Positions 49,513 to 62,061 of a stretch of DNA of 64,000 nucleotides are shown here, one piece after another. The translations under genes were made by a program, and so were the position numbers. This DNA is from Octopus sinensis (Eukaryota). Below the pieces are notes generated by a model. That model made no database searches. It was not told the DNA's origin and was given only the letters and a program-made list of their open reading frames with translations. The stretch is taken from positions 23,250,001 through 23,314,000 of the forward strand of contig NC_043022.1 of NCBI RefSeq assembly GCF_006345805.1, given 5' to 3'. Numbering within the stretch: position 1 is the stretch's first letter; every line of letters starts with the position of its first letter.

Positions 49513-50285
49513 CAGTGGTTCTCAACCAGGGTCCTATATGGCCCCCTGATAGTCCACATAAGATTTTTGTCGATTCACAATAGTATTTTAAGTGACCATG
49601 AAAAAATTTTGCTTTAGATGTATGCATTGGTATGTATTGCAAGAAACAGATAGGTTTCTTTCTCTCACATTTTATATAAATTCAACTACACAAGTCAATG
49701 GATGAAAAATAAAATAGCAATTTTGAACTAAGTCTCTATTAAACTAGTTTTTAAACATTGAATGTCTATGGGGACCACAAGAATAAAACAGCATTCAAAG
49801 TGGTCTATAGATAAAAAATGGTTGAGAACCCAAAGAAATTTTGCTTTAGATGTATGTTTTGATTTTTATTTCAAGAAACAGCAAGGTTTCTTTCTCAGAC
49901 GTTTTACATAGTTCAACCTACACAAGTTAATGGGTGGAAAACAAAATAGAAATTTTGAAAGAAGTTCCTATAAAACTAGTTTTTAAACATTAACCTTTTC
50001 GTTACCAACCCGGCTGAAACTGGCTCTGGCACTGAGTACAAATATCTTGTTTTCATAAGTTTCGAATTAAAATCTTCCACCAAACCTTAGTCACAATTTA
50101 TGTTCCTAACATTAGCTTAATGATAACTAAGTTATTTTATTAAATTCTTTGTTATATTTAAAGTAATTGAAAGAAACACAGAGCATCTCAAAATAAATAC
50201 AGTAACGAAAGGGTTAAATGGATATGGGGGTTCACCAAAGTAAAATGGGAGGGGTGCATAGATAAAAAATGGTTGAGAACCCTTA
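49513..50285 (+). mobile_element. hAT-like MITE with duplicated 3' half
   Basis: 5' TIR CAGTGGTTCTCAACC; GGTTGAGAACCC at ~49820 and 50271; flanks AATAAGAC / TATTAGAC; 5' fragment also at 9635-9752. Confidence 0.7.
49994..50213. mobile_element. piggyBac-type MITE (220 bp) with TTAA TSD
   Basis: TTAA|CCTTTTCGTTAC ... GTAACGAAAGGG|TTAA. Confidence 0.88.
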
Positions 50286-50481
50286 TATTAGACTAATTCT
50301 ATCTATTACTTATACACACACACACACAAGCACATATCTAGGCAGAGGAAATTCGATATAGCATTTGTCACAGTTCTCTACGTTCTGAGGTCAAATCCCA
50401 CAGAAATTAGTACAAGGGTGGGGTCGGGGTGTTGATATAATTGACTGTCTAACTGTGCCAGGGTGTAACAGGTTAGTAGGG

Positions 50482-51376
50482 CATCATCATCATCATCATC
50501 GTTTAGCGTCCGTTTTCCATGCTAGCATGGGTTGGACGGTTCTACTGGGGTCTGTGAAGCCAGAAGGCTTCATCAGGCCCAGTCAAATCTGGCAGTGTTT
50601 CTACGGCTGGATGCCCTTCCTAACGCCAACCACTCCGTGAGTGTAGTGGGTGCTTTTTACGTGCCACCCGCACTGGTGCCAGACAGAGCTGGCAAACGGC
50701 CACGAACGGATGGTGCTTTTTATGTGCCACCGGCACACGAGGGCCAGGCGAGGCTGGCAACGGACACGAAACGGGGCGGTGCTGGCAACGGTCGCGAAAC
50801 GGAAAGTTCTCTTACATGCCACCGGCACTGGTAACACATCTGCATTTCCATTGATCGATTTCCATTGATCGATTTCGATTCTGATCGTCACTTGCCTCAA
50901 AGGGTCTTCACAAGCAGAGTTTTGACATGCCACCGGCACTGGTAGCACATCCGCAATTTCCATTGATCGATTTCGATTCTGATCCTCACTTGCCTCATCA
51001 CGTCTTCACAAGTAGAGTTTTGTGTCCCAAGAAGGGAAGGTATGCATACGTAGGCTGGCTCCATCCCATGTAGAAGGCCACGGGTTATGGACTCACTTGT
51101 CCTGCCGGGTCTTCTCGCGCACAGCACACTTCCAGAGGTCTCGGTCTCTAGTCATTTCCTCAGTGAGACCTAAAGTTCGAAGGTCGTGCTTCACCACCTC
51201 GTCCCAGGTTTTCCTGGGTCTGCCTCTTCCACAGGTTCCCTCAACCGCTAGGGTGTGGCACTTTTTCACACAACTATCTTCATCCATTCTCGCCACATGA
51301 CCATACCAGCGCAAACGTCTCTCTTGCACACCACAACTGATGCTTCTTAGGTCCAGCTTTTCTCTCAAGGTACTTA
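50482..51376 (-). mobile_element. 5'-truncated RTE LINE, same family as 46787
   Basis: TLREKLDLRSISCGVQERRLRWYGHVARMDEDSCVKKC..GRGRPRKTWDEVVKHDLRTLGL..KTRQDK*, UTR with tandem units, (GAT)n. Confidence 0.92.
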
Positions 51377-51807
51377 CTTTTCTCTCAAGGCATAAGTATA
51401 GTAAATCTGCAGTCCCTACCAATCCAACCATGGAGGCCCCTATAATAAGGGAAGTTACGCACTAATTGATCTACACTGCTGGTATATAAATATAATAGAT
51501 TTGTGACACACTACTACTACTACTACTACTACCAACGTTCATACATGCATGCATACATCTTATTCATTCATTCATATGTTGCATCCACATATTCATTCAT
51601 TCATTCATGTATACACATTATCTTGAAGAGAATAGCATACATGCATGCATATATACATATGTACATACATACATACATACATACATACATACATACATAC
51701 ATACATACATACATAGTCATAATGAGGGGATTTAAACCTCTTATAGGGATATTTTTATCCATGATACACTGGTTTAATATATTTTGAAGAGATATTTTTT
51801 CAATGAA

Positions 51808-53483
51808 TCTCTTATTATAAAAGGCAGATTTTATCTGCCTCCCTTTGTAACTTATAGAAATCTACAATATAAGATTTCTTCAATTACAATTTATCTAGCA
51901 TTTTTAAGAGTAGAATGCATCGGGTCATGCCAGGTCCAGTTTTTAAAATTTAAACTCCAATTAAGCAAAATTTACAGAAAACTCACATTCTGGTGTGTAT
52001 GTCAAATGCTTTTCTTAATGTGGTTTACACCACATGAACACGCACACACACAGTGTGCAACGAATAAAATGAAAGTAAATAGCGACAGAGTGATTTGAGG
52101 AAGACTAAACTGAAAGTATTTAAACCACTACTCAAAAAATAAAAAAAACACAGCAAACAGAAACAAATAAATACATAACGATTTACTCCTCACACAATTT
52201 CTTCAATTAGAGTTTACCTAAGATTTTTCAAAGTACTCCATTCCGTCATGCCATAATATATTTCTTTCAATTTCACCCCCAATTAAGACAAAATTCGAGA
52301 AAACTCAATATTTTAACATTTCACTCCGAAAGCATTGATGTACATGTGTGTGTGCGTGCGTGAGTGTGTGTGTGTGTGTGTGTGTGTGTTTGATGGGTTG
52401 TGCGACACAGAAAGTGTGGTGTGTAAGTGAAGTGCTTTTGTTAGTGTGTGTAAAGAGACAGACAGAGTGAAAGACAGAAATAACTGAACTTTTTTTATTC
52501 ACTTTTTGTAGTGAGTGACTGAGAGAGAAAAGAGAGAGATAGGTTATGTATGTATATATGTATGTATGGCTTCAGTGACACACACACACAAAAACACATA
52601 CCTACGTACACCTAAAGCACGCACACACACACACACACACAAGCGGAGCGCGAACTTCAAAATTTTGGTAGTATTAATTTGCCAGCGTACTTCTAAGCGC
52701 GCGTAATTGAAAGTTTTCACTATGATATCATCACGTGCAAAAAAATTCGAAGGGTTTTGAACAATTGAGATACACATGTCACGCCTGTATTGAAACCATT
52801 GCTAAGCTGCCGTAATTGCTTAATTAAGACTTTGTTTAAATTGAAAGGGGCAAATATGTGACGAGGTTGAAAAAAAATACCCCAGAAAAAAAAAATGTAC
52901 TGCTGGTATTTATATAATTCACTACTATTTTGCTACAATGTCATGAAAAAGAAAAAATTTAGGTATGTAAATCGAATTCGCCACCCCCTTTCCCCGTTCG
53001 CGTTTGTGTAAAAAAAATTATTATTTAAGTTTTAAAAATTATTTACTTTGTTCAAAAAATATTAATATTAATTAATTTTCAAGAATTATTTAATTTTATT
53101 CTGTAAAATAGTAATTAATTCATTTATCTGTAAATCCGCGAGGTTGTTACTCAGGCACCTAGAATGGTAACCTTCAACTAACACTATCTCCTCCGAGACC
53201 CTGCGGCGCCAGTTGACCAAAATTGAGAGTATGGTAGAAGAAGGGTTGCTCTTCCTTCCGTAGAACATAAAATTCAAATCAGACCATGTTAACACCAAAA
53301 ATTATTTACATCAAAAAGATGCTTTTTTCTATGAAAATCCCTATTTTTTACGATTTTTTCACTGCTGTGTCGCCACTTTTCGGTGTATTTCGACCAGAAA
53401 AATGTTCACAAAATTTTTACTTTTCAAAATTACAATTCCAGCGGGTCGAAACAAACCCGAGCAACGCCGGGCGATACTGCTAG
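51808..53483 (+). mobile_element. Non-autonomous Helitron-like element (5' boundary tentative)
   Basis: A|TCTCTTATTATAAAAGGCAG start; 3' CCCGAGCAACGCCGGG hairpin then CTGCTAG|T. Confidence 0.6.
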
Positions 53484-53832
53484 TATATTATATAAAATAT
53501 CATAAAATGCCAAATATTATTATCGAGTTACAATATATACATATATATGTGTGTATATGTATACTCTTTTAATTGTTTCAGTCATTTGACTGTGGCCATG
53601 CTGGAGCACCGTTATTTTTAGTCGAGCAAATCGTCCCCAGGATTTATTCTTCGGAAGCCTAGTACTTATTCTATCGGTCTCTTTTGCTGAACTGTTAAGT
53701 TACGGGGACATAAACACACCACCATCGGTAGTCAAGCGATATTGGTGGGGGGTGCAAACAAAGACACACACACATAAATAAATACATACATATATATACA
53801 TACATACATATATATATAAATATATATATATT

Positions 53833-54039
53833 ACGGAGATGTACTCGCATAGCAAGTGATTTGATCTGAGATCGTGTGCTGGAACGAAAACAATTGCAGC
53901 GTGGAAGGTGTTTGTAAGCCATTTAAGAAACACACAAAAGCTGTTCGATTCACTTCAACATTTAAGTTTAATTTGTCAAAATATTTTCGTTGCTAAAATC
54001 CGCGACCCGTTCACTGACAAAAATCCGTGCTGCATCTGT

Positions 54040-54129
<90 letters not shown>

Positions 54130-54461
54130 TACTTGCATAACGAGTGACTTGATCTGAGATCGTGTGCTGGAACGAAAACAATTGCAGCGTGGAAGGTGTT
54201 TATAAGCCATTTAAGAAACACACAAAATACGTTAGATTCACTTCAACATTTAAATTTAATTTGTCAAAATATTTTCGTTGCTTTGAGACCGTGACCTGTT
54301 ACTAACAAAACTTCATGATGCAGCACAAAGTTTTGTCAGTGAACAGGTCACGGTTTGAAAGCGACGAAAATATTTTGACAAATTAAATTTATATGTTGAA
54401 GTGAATCTAATGGTTTTTGTGTTTCTTAAATGGCTTATAAATACCTTCCACGCTGCAATTG

Positions 54462-54463
<2 letters not shown>
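53833..54463. repeat. Three copies of a ~200-bp repeat in direct, direct, inverted order
   Basis: GAGATGTACT.GCATA..CTGGAACGAAAACAATTGCAGCGTGGAAGG at 53833 and 54123; reverse complement at 54325-54463. Confidence 0.9.
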
Positions 54464-54519
<56 letters not shown>

Positions 54520-54712
54520 TATATACATACACATACATACATACATACATGATATATTTATATAATTAAAAACAGTTTGATTCAGCTCTATGCGACTTAC
54601 AGTTTCGTTGGCTTCTAAGAGAAGCCTGTGAGGCCTGTGAAACTTTAAATCACATAGAACTGAATAATACATGTAACTCATACTTAATGCATTGAGTGCC
54701 CTTTTACATATA

Positions 54713-55080
54713 TCTCTATAAATATAAACGGCAAAATGTCTGTCTGCGTGCGTGTCCTTTATACAAATCAACAATTTTTCAGTTAGAGGGCTTACACTTT
54801 CAATGGTCATCCAAAACCGTCCAAGGGTGGTCGTTCACATCTTTACATTTCCCCAGTCACTCCGCAAAGCCATTAAAAAGTCAATAGAAGTGACTTTTTT
54901 GGGAATTTTCTATCCAAAACCCAATCAAAATGCCCGAAACTTGATACGCCAATTGAATGCCAGCTAGCTGTATGTGATTGGTCGGAGATTTGGACACTAC
55001 TTGCGTGTATGTGTGCACACACGCAGCTGTATATGCATGCACTAGCACTATGACCCAGCGTTGCCGGGTCATAGTGCTAG
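54713..55080 (+). mobile_element. Non-autonomous Helitron (368 bp)
   Basis: A|TCTCTATAAATATAAACGG..GTCTGTCTG start; 3' 16-bp stem ACTAGCACTATGACCC / GGGTCATAGTGCTAGT ending CTAG|T. Confidence 0.85.
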
Positions 55081-55114
<34 letters not shown>

Positions 55115-55957
55115 TGCATATATATAAATATACATATGTACATAGTTCCATGTTCAGTCTTTCAGAATGGTGCCATAGGCAAGTGTCTTCTACAATAAAC
55201 ACAAGCCAACCAATGCCATGCCTTGCGAGTGGATTTGGTAAATGGAAACTGAGAAGCATGTCATGTATATGTGTGTGTGCATGTGTGTCTGTCCCCCACT
55301 AACTTTGACAACCAGTGTTGCTTTGTTTACATCCAGTAACTGAGCAGTATAATGTAAGAGTCTGGTAAAAAAATTACCAGGTTCGAAATAAGAAAAAAAA
55401 TTTATATTAAATACAGGGGTTGATTCATTCATCTATAACCCTTCAAAGCAGTGCTCCAGCATGGCTGCAGTCTATTGACTGAAACAAGTTAAAGATAAAA
55501 GGTAAAGCACAGGCATGGTTGTGTGGTAAAAAGCTTGCTTCCTAACCACATGGTTCCAGGTTCAGTCCTACTGTGTGGAACCTTGGGCAAGTGTCTTCCC
55601 TTGACAACCAATGTTGGTGTGTTTAGGTCCCCGTAACTTAGCACAATGGGACTGAATCCAGAAGTATGGGACTGGGAAGCAAGCTTCTTACCACATGAGA
55701 ATGCTGAGGATGGCTCTGAACATAAACTCATAAAGCAAAATATGTCAAATATGCTCCTTTGTCACTTCCATTATAGCTCTGAAATACATATATATACACA
55801 AACACATATACATATATATATATCACACACTACACACCTTCCTTCCAAGTACTGCTGTAAACAGAAGTGAGCTAGAATGTTAAAATGTAGTGTGCATGCA
55901 CAGTAGAGTTCAAGGTCGATCCGTGCCAAGAGGCTTCACTCTGCATGTTTTAGCTTT

Positions 55958-55971
55958 GTTACTATGGCAAC
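55958..55971. promoter_or_regulatory. RFX X-box-like motif
   Basis: GTTACTATGGCAAC (reverse complement GTTGCCATAGTAAC) in non-repeat sequence. Confidence 0.5.
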
Positions 55972-56889
55972 AGTCCGGATACTTATTGATCAGACCACAT
56001 ATATATGTGTGTGTGTGCGTGTATATATATATATATATATATATACATACACATATGTGTATATATATATAAAATATTCTTTTAACCCTTTACTCTGGTT
56101 TCAGTCAGTGATCTGTAACATTGTGGGATTCCACATTCAAAAGATTCTCTTTAGTGTCTAGATTCCAGTCCTTTCCCCAAGATTTTACACTCACGATTCA
56201 ATTCAATTTACATTGTGTGCTTTGAATGCAAGAACATTACACACACACACACACAAGTCTTGTTATTGTCATTACATTCATTTCTGACTCATGCCGTCAT
56301 AGGTTGGACAAAACTTATTCTGACGGTATTCCGCTGCCAGACACCACTCCTCTCCTCAGGTCTTACCTGTTTTTCAAGAAAGGTATGTTATTTCTAAGGC
56401 CTTCCCCAGTTGAAACTGCTGAGCCACAAAACATATGCAGAACATATCGCTTATGTAAGTATGATTTCAGCAACACCCAAACAGCGTCATATGAGGATAT
56501 GCACACCTGCACATGGGCATACATTTACACACCCTCCTACACAAATAGATAGGTATATGACGTGGGATGGAAACAAAAATCACACTTTTACAAAGTGAAT
56601 TTGATTACCACACATCCATACCTTGATTACAGGTAGGGTCACCATCATCATTTCATTGTAGGAGTGTTCACTGCCATCAATTCACCATGAAGAAAGTTGA
56701 TTAGGAGGAAAGTTTACTGTGAGGAAAGTTTAGCAAGAAAATATATCCATAGTATCTCACCATAAATAGTTGCAAACTATTTTATTGAAAAAAAAACACA
56801 CAAATATTCCTTACAGTGAATTTTCCTTGCGGTGAATTAATAATAGTGAACTTACCTTGCACTGAATTGATGATAATGAGCTTTCCTGT

Positions 56890-57047
56890 GAGCTGGCAGA
56901 AATGTTAGCACACTGGGCAAAATGCTTAGTGGTATTTTGTCTGCCATTATGTTCAGAGTTCAAATTCCACCGAGGTTGACTTTGCCTTTCATCCTTTCAG
57001 GGTCAATAAATTAAGTACCAGATACGCACTGTGGTCAATGTAATCGA
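56890..57047 (+). mobile_element. SINE-H
   Basis: GAGCTGGCAGAAATGTTAGC..GCCTTTCATCCTTTCAGGGTCAATAAATTAAGTACCAG. Confidence 0.8.
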
Positions 57048-57809
57048 CTGTGGTGAATTGGTGACAGTGGACTTTTCCTGTGGTGAATTATTGGTGGTGA
57101 ACTTACTGGACATAGCATACCTGAGCCTGCATGGTTGAAAGTCCAGTCATTTACTGTATAATTGCTTGCTCACATAGGATTTTGTGAGCCAGCAATTTTT
57201 AGGGTATCTTTTCTAGCCCCTTCTCCACACAAAGGAAAGCAATGCCATCCTAAATAGGTTGCTTTGTCGTTAAGAAGAGGGCACAGATTGTGAAATTGTG
57301 CACACAAGCTTCACAGAATGGCCATCTTCTTCTGACTGTCATATGAGCAAAGCTCAAACTAGAGGCCTCCAGTGACTTTATCCAACTGTCCTTGTCACTG
57401 TTGAATTTCATTTGTCTTCATGTTGTTACTGAATGACATACAGTATGAGTTTGTTTACAGCAGAATTTGCTTGTGTTGGACAAAACCCACACCCTCCACC
57501 TAGAATACATGACCTGTATTGGCACTCAGTGTGCCACTTGTCAAATGCAGACTAGGTTGCAGATCAAGTAGTGATTATATAACTTGATCAATCAATGGGT
57601 TGAAAGTATGTGGTTCAACAAATGCATAAACACGTACTTGCAAAGAATATAAGATACAAAAATACGTAAAAGGAATAGAAAAGAATATAAAATATAAAAG
57701 GAATATAAACAATATAATGTAGTCCTAGGGGAGATTCAGCATGACTCAGAATGTGGTGACAACTCATTTTTGCAAGCTGAGTGGACACTTTAGCAAATGT
57801 CTGCTACTT

Positions 57810-57874
57810 TAGCCTCAAGGTGACCAAAGCCTTGTGAGTGAATTTGACGGATGTAAACTGAAAAAAAGCCCATC

Positions 57875-57927
<53 letters not shown>

Positions 57928-58150
57928 TGTGTGTGTATGTCTTTGTGTCCATGTTTGTTACCCATCACTGCTTGACAACTGGTGTTGGTGTGACTACATC
58001 CCTGCAACTTAGTGGTTCGGCAAAATAGATTGATAGAATAAGTACCAAGCTTAGCAAAAAAAAATTTAAGTACTGGGATCAATTCATTCAACTAAAATTT
58101 CTTCAAGTTGTTGCCCCAGCATGACCTTAAATCTAATGACTAATACAAAT
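57810..58150 (+). mobile_element. SINE-AB, 5'-truncated
   Basis: GACCAAAGCCTTGTGAGTG..(TG)n..3' half. Confidence 0.8.
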
Positions 58151-58479
58151 AAAAAAAAACAGATAAAAGATAAAAAGATATATTATGTGTATGTGTGTTT
58201 GTATGTATCTATGTATGTGTTTATGTATGTATGTATGTATGTATGTATTCTTGTATGTATGTATGTATGTATCCTTGTATATTGTTTATGTGTGTATGTA
58301 TGTATATATGTATCATTGTATATATGTGTGTATCCTTGTATATATGTGTGTATGTATGTATGTATGTATCCTTGTTTATATGTGTGTATGTATGTATGTA
58401 TGTATGTATCCTTGTATATATGTATTATGTCAGGTCACTTTTGAGTACTACTGGTAACATGTAACCCAGTACAACCTGT

Positions 58480-58680
58480 TGCATGGTCGGCTCCGGCAGA
58501 AGGTAATGGCGAAACTTCTGCTGACTCTTCCGCCACAACTTTCTCTCATTCTTTCCTCCTGCATCTTGCAGCTCACCTGCGATGGACCGGCGTCCCGTCC
58601 AGGTGGGGAACCTATACGCCACTAAACTGGGAAACTGGCCCTTATGAGCCAGGCATGGCTCTAGAAGGAACAAACAAACA
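58480..58680 (+). mobile_element. SINE-C-related body with another tail
   Basis: GCCACAACTTTCTCTCA.TCTTTC then CACCTGCGATGGACCGGCGTCCCGTCCAGG..(ACAA)n. Confidence 0.7.
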
Positions 58681-59444
58681 AAAAAAACCTTACGCTGTGG
58701 TGAACTGATGACAGTGAACTTACTCTGTGCTGAGTTGATGATGGTGAACTTACCTTTCGATAAATTTTCCCTGTGGTGAATTGGTGACAGTGGACTTTTC
58801 CTGTGGTGAATTATTGATGGTGAACTTACTGGACATAGCATACCTGAGCCTGCATGGTTGAAAGTCCAGTCATTTACTGTATAATTGCTTGCTCACATAG
58901 GATTTTGTGAGCCAGCAATTTTTAGGGTATCTTGTCTAGCCCTTCTCCACACAAAGGAAAGCAATGCCATCCTAAATAGGTTGCTTTGTCGTTAAGAAGG
59001 GGGCACAGATTGTGAAATTGTGCACACAAGCTTCACAGAATGGCCATCTTCTTCTGACTGTCATATGAGCAAAGCTCAAACTAGAGGCCTCCAGTGACTT
59101 TATCCAACTGTCCTTGTCACTGTTGAATTTCATTTGTCTTCATGTTGTTACTGAATGACATACAGTATGAGTTTGTTTACAGCAGAATTTGCTTGTGTTG
59201 GACAAAACCCACACCCTCCACCTAGAATACATGACCTGTATTGGCGCTCAGTGTGCCACTTGTCAAATGCAGACTAGGTTGCAGATCAAGTAGTGATTAT
59301 ATAACTTGATCAATCAATGGGTTGAAAGTATGTGGTTCAACAAATGCATAAACACGTACTTGCAAAGAATATAAGATACAAAAATACGTAAAAGGAATAG
59401 AAAAGAATATAAAATATAAAAGGAATATAAATAATATAATGTAA

Positions 59445-59620
59445 TCGGACTGAATACCCGATTGCGCGGTTAAACCATTGGGAGTGAAGGACTCCTAACC
59501 TTTGTTAGGGCATCCTTCTAGGAGAAGGTAACTTAGGTGACTGTGATAACTCCGACATAAAACCTGCGGCTCAGAGGTTACCAATGATGTTGACTTGTTC
59601 TTCTTTTTGGATTATGGCTG
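59445..59620 (+). mobile_element. Possible RTE 5' UTR-like fragment
   Basis: CCTTCTAGGAGAAGGTAACT..AAAACCTG resembles RTE leader motifs; weak. Confidence 0.3.
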
Positions 59621-59927
59621 TTGTTGCTTAGTGAGTGGGATTGACTCAGTGAACAGCCTTTCCTCACTTTAAAAAAAAATCTTCTTGCACAGGCATTGCA
59701 AGATAACAACATTGATTAAGCTTTGCGCAATGGTCATACTCAATAACGAGGGGGCAGTCACCATGTGTTTATGTATGTATGTATGTATCCTTGTATATAT
59801 GTGTGTATGTATGTATGTATGTATGTATGTATGTATGTATGTATGTATGTATGTATGTATGTATGTATGTATGCATGGCATGTATGTATATGTCCTTGTA
59901 TATAAAGAATCTTTTAGAAATTAGTTT

Positions 59928-60345
59928 TACTCTTTACTCTTTTACTCTTTTACTTGTTTCAGTCATTTGACTATGGCCATGCTGGAGCACCGCCTTTAAT
60001 CAAGCAACTCGACCCTGGGATTTATTCTTTGTAAGCCCAGTACTTATTCTATTGGTCTCTTTTGCCAAACCGCTAGGTGACGGGGACATAAACACACCAG
60101 CATCGGTTGTCAAGCAATACTAGGGGGACAAATACAGACACACAAACATACACGCACATATATATATATATACATATATACGACAGGCTTCTTTCAGTTT
60201 CTGTCTACCAAATCCACTCACAAGGCATTGGTTGGCCCGGGGCTATAGCAGAAGACACTTGCCCAAGGTGCCACGCAGTGGGACTGAACCCGGAACCATG
60301 TGGTTAGTAAACAAGCTACTTACCACACAGCCACTCCTGCGCCTA
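59928..60345 (-). mobile_element. SINE-AB full copy, close to consensus
   Basis: Reverse complement of 11042-11456. Confidence 0.9.
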
Positions 60346-61062
60346 TGTTTTCTATACGTTTTTTTTTTTTCCTCCCACTTATACGAGCTTTTTTATTAAA
60401 TGAATAACAAAGTGTCTGGAAATTTGCATTTTTTTTTTCTGTTGCAGTAATTATAAGTATATAATTTGTTTATATATGGTTTGCTGCTGTTTAGTGCCAA
60501 TTAAATGAAATAATTGAAAAAAAAATAAAAGCCCAGATGTTATTTAACGTGGCTTGTAGGCTGTAGCCTGGAATTATAACTGAATTTCAAATCCATTATT
60601 TCACCTTCAATACTTATTATGTTTTCATGCGTTGTCAGTTAGACAATAGACAAGTTGAGGGGTAAAAGCACTGTTTGGGCTATGCTTTTGTGCATCAGTT
60701 GGCCTTAATCCAGCCCTAAAGTAAGTGTGTGTGTGTGTGTGCATATGTTTGCAATTTTGTATATTTGTGTGTGCATGAATGTGTGTGTATATTTGTGTGT
60801 GCATGTATGTGTGTGTATCTGTGAATATATTTGCAATTTTGTATGTGTGTATGCGTGTGTACATTTGTGTGTGTGTGTGTGTGTGTATTTGTACATATGT
60901 TTGCGTGTGCGTGTGTCTGTGCATATGTTTGCAATTTTGTTTGCGTCTATGTGTGTGTACATTTGTGTGTGTGTGAGAGTGTGTGTGAGTGTGTATCTGT
61001 GCATATGCTTGCAATTTTGTATGTGTGCATGTGTGTGTACAAAATCATCATCTTCATTTTAA

Positions 61063-61260
61063 TGTTAGTTAGTTAGTTAATTTGGCTCAAAAGCAAATAG
61101 CAAGGCCATGTAGGGGGACATGGAGTTAAGTACAGGGTGGTGTTCATGTAAAGAGTTCAGGCCACTTGAGGTCCAGGGAGGCTTTGAACAAAGCGGTCGT
61201 CGGCATCTTCACCATCTCGTCTGGCAGCTTGTTCCACGGCTCCTCTCCTTCGATTAAGAT
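61063..61260 (-). pseudogene. CR1-clade LINE extreme 3' end with (TAAC)n tail
   Basis: EPWNKLPDEMVKMPTTALFKASLDLKWPELFT*, short UTR, GTTAGTTAGTTAGTTAA on plus strand. Confidence 0.8.
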
Positions 61261-61614
61261 GAAATCATCGCAGGTAGAGCTTTTCGGAATGACCCCGCAG
61301 CCGACGCTCTGGAGCAGGAGTGAAGAACAGTCTGCTTTTCCATGCTTGCATGGATCATACATACATATATACATGCCTGCATACATACATGCGTGTGTAT
61401 GTGTGTGTGTGTGTGGTGTGTGTGTGTATACATATTTGTGTCTGGAGCACACGTGGTTGTATGATAAGAAGTTTGCTTCCAAACCACATGGTTCAGGGTT
61501 CAGTCCTATTGTACGGCACATCAGGCAAGTGTCTTTTACTATAACTTTGAGCCAACCCAAGCCTTATGATTGGATTTGATAGATAGAAATCAAAGGAAGC
61601 CCATTGTATGTATG

Positions 61615-61669
<55 letters not shown>

Positions 61670-61671
<2 letters not shown>

Positions 61672-61978
61672 TGGCATGTGAAATATTCTAGCGAGGTCGA
61701 CGCCAGTGCCGCTGGACTGGCGCCTGTGCAGGTGGCACGTAAAAAGCACCATTTGGGCATGACCATTGCCAGTACCACCAAACTGGCCCTCATGACAGTG
61801 GCACATAAAAGCACCCACTACACTCTCAGAGTGTTTGGCATTAGGAAGGGCATCCAACTGTAGAAACTCTGCCAGATCAGATTGGAGACTGGTGCAGCCA
61901 TCTGGTTCGCCAGACCTCAGTCAAATCGTCCAACCCATGCTAGCATGGAAAGCGGACGTTAAATGATGAGGATGATGA

Positions 61979-61980
<2 letters not shown>
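61670..61980 (+). mobile_element. RTE-tail element inserted in the (TA)n following a SINE-AB head (61445-61610)
   Basis: Tandem GGTGGCAC(G/A)TAAAAGCACC units, conserved tail, (GAT)n. Confidence 0.82.
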
Positions 61981-62052
<72 letters not shown>

Positions 62053-62061
62053 TATATATAT

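Larger units (their letters stand above)
57048..59443. repeat. ~673-bp direct duplication (57048-57721 / 58771-59443)
   Basis: Non-TE-looking sequence repeated with about 5 substitutions. Confidence 0.93.

Noticed and set aside
51413-51481. 69-nt symmetric exon candidate (PYQSNHGGPYNKGSYALIDLHC)
   Set aside because: Open frame and AG/GT are present but there is no homology or supporting neighbouring exon; too weak to call.
53086-53298. 70-aa minus-strand ORF inside the Helitron-like element
   Set aside because: No Rep/helicase or host-protein motif recognised.
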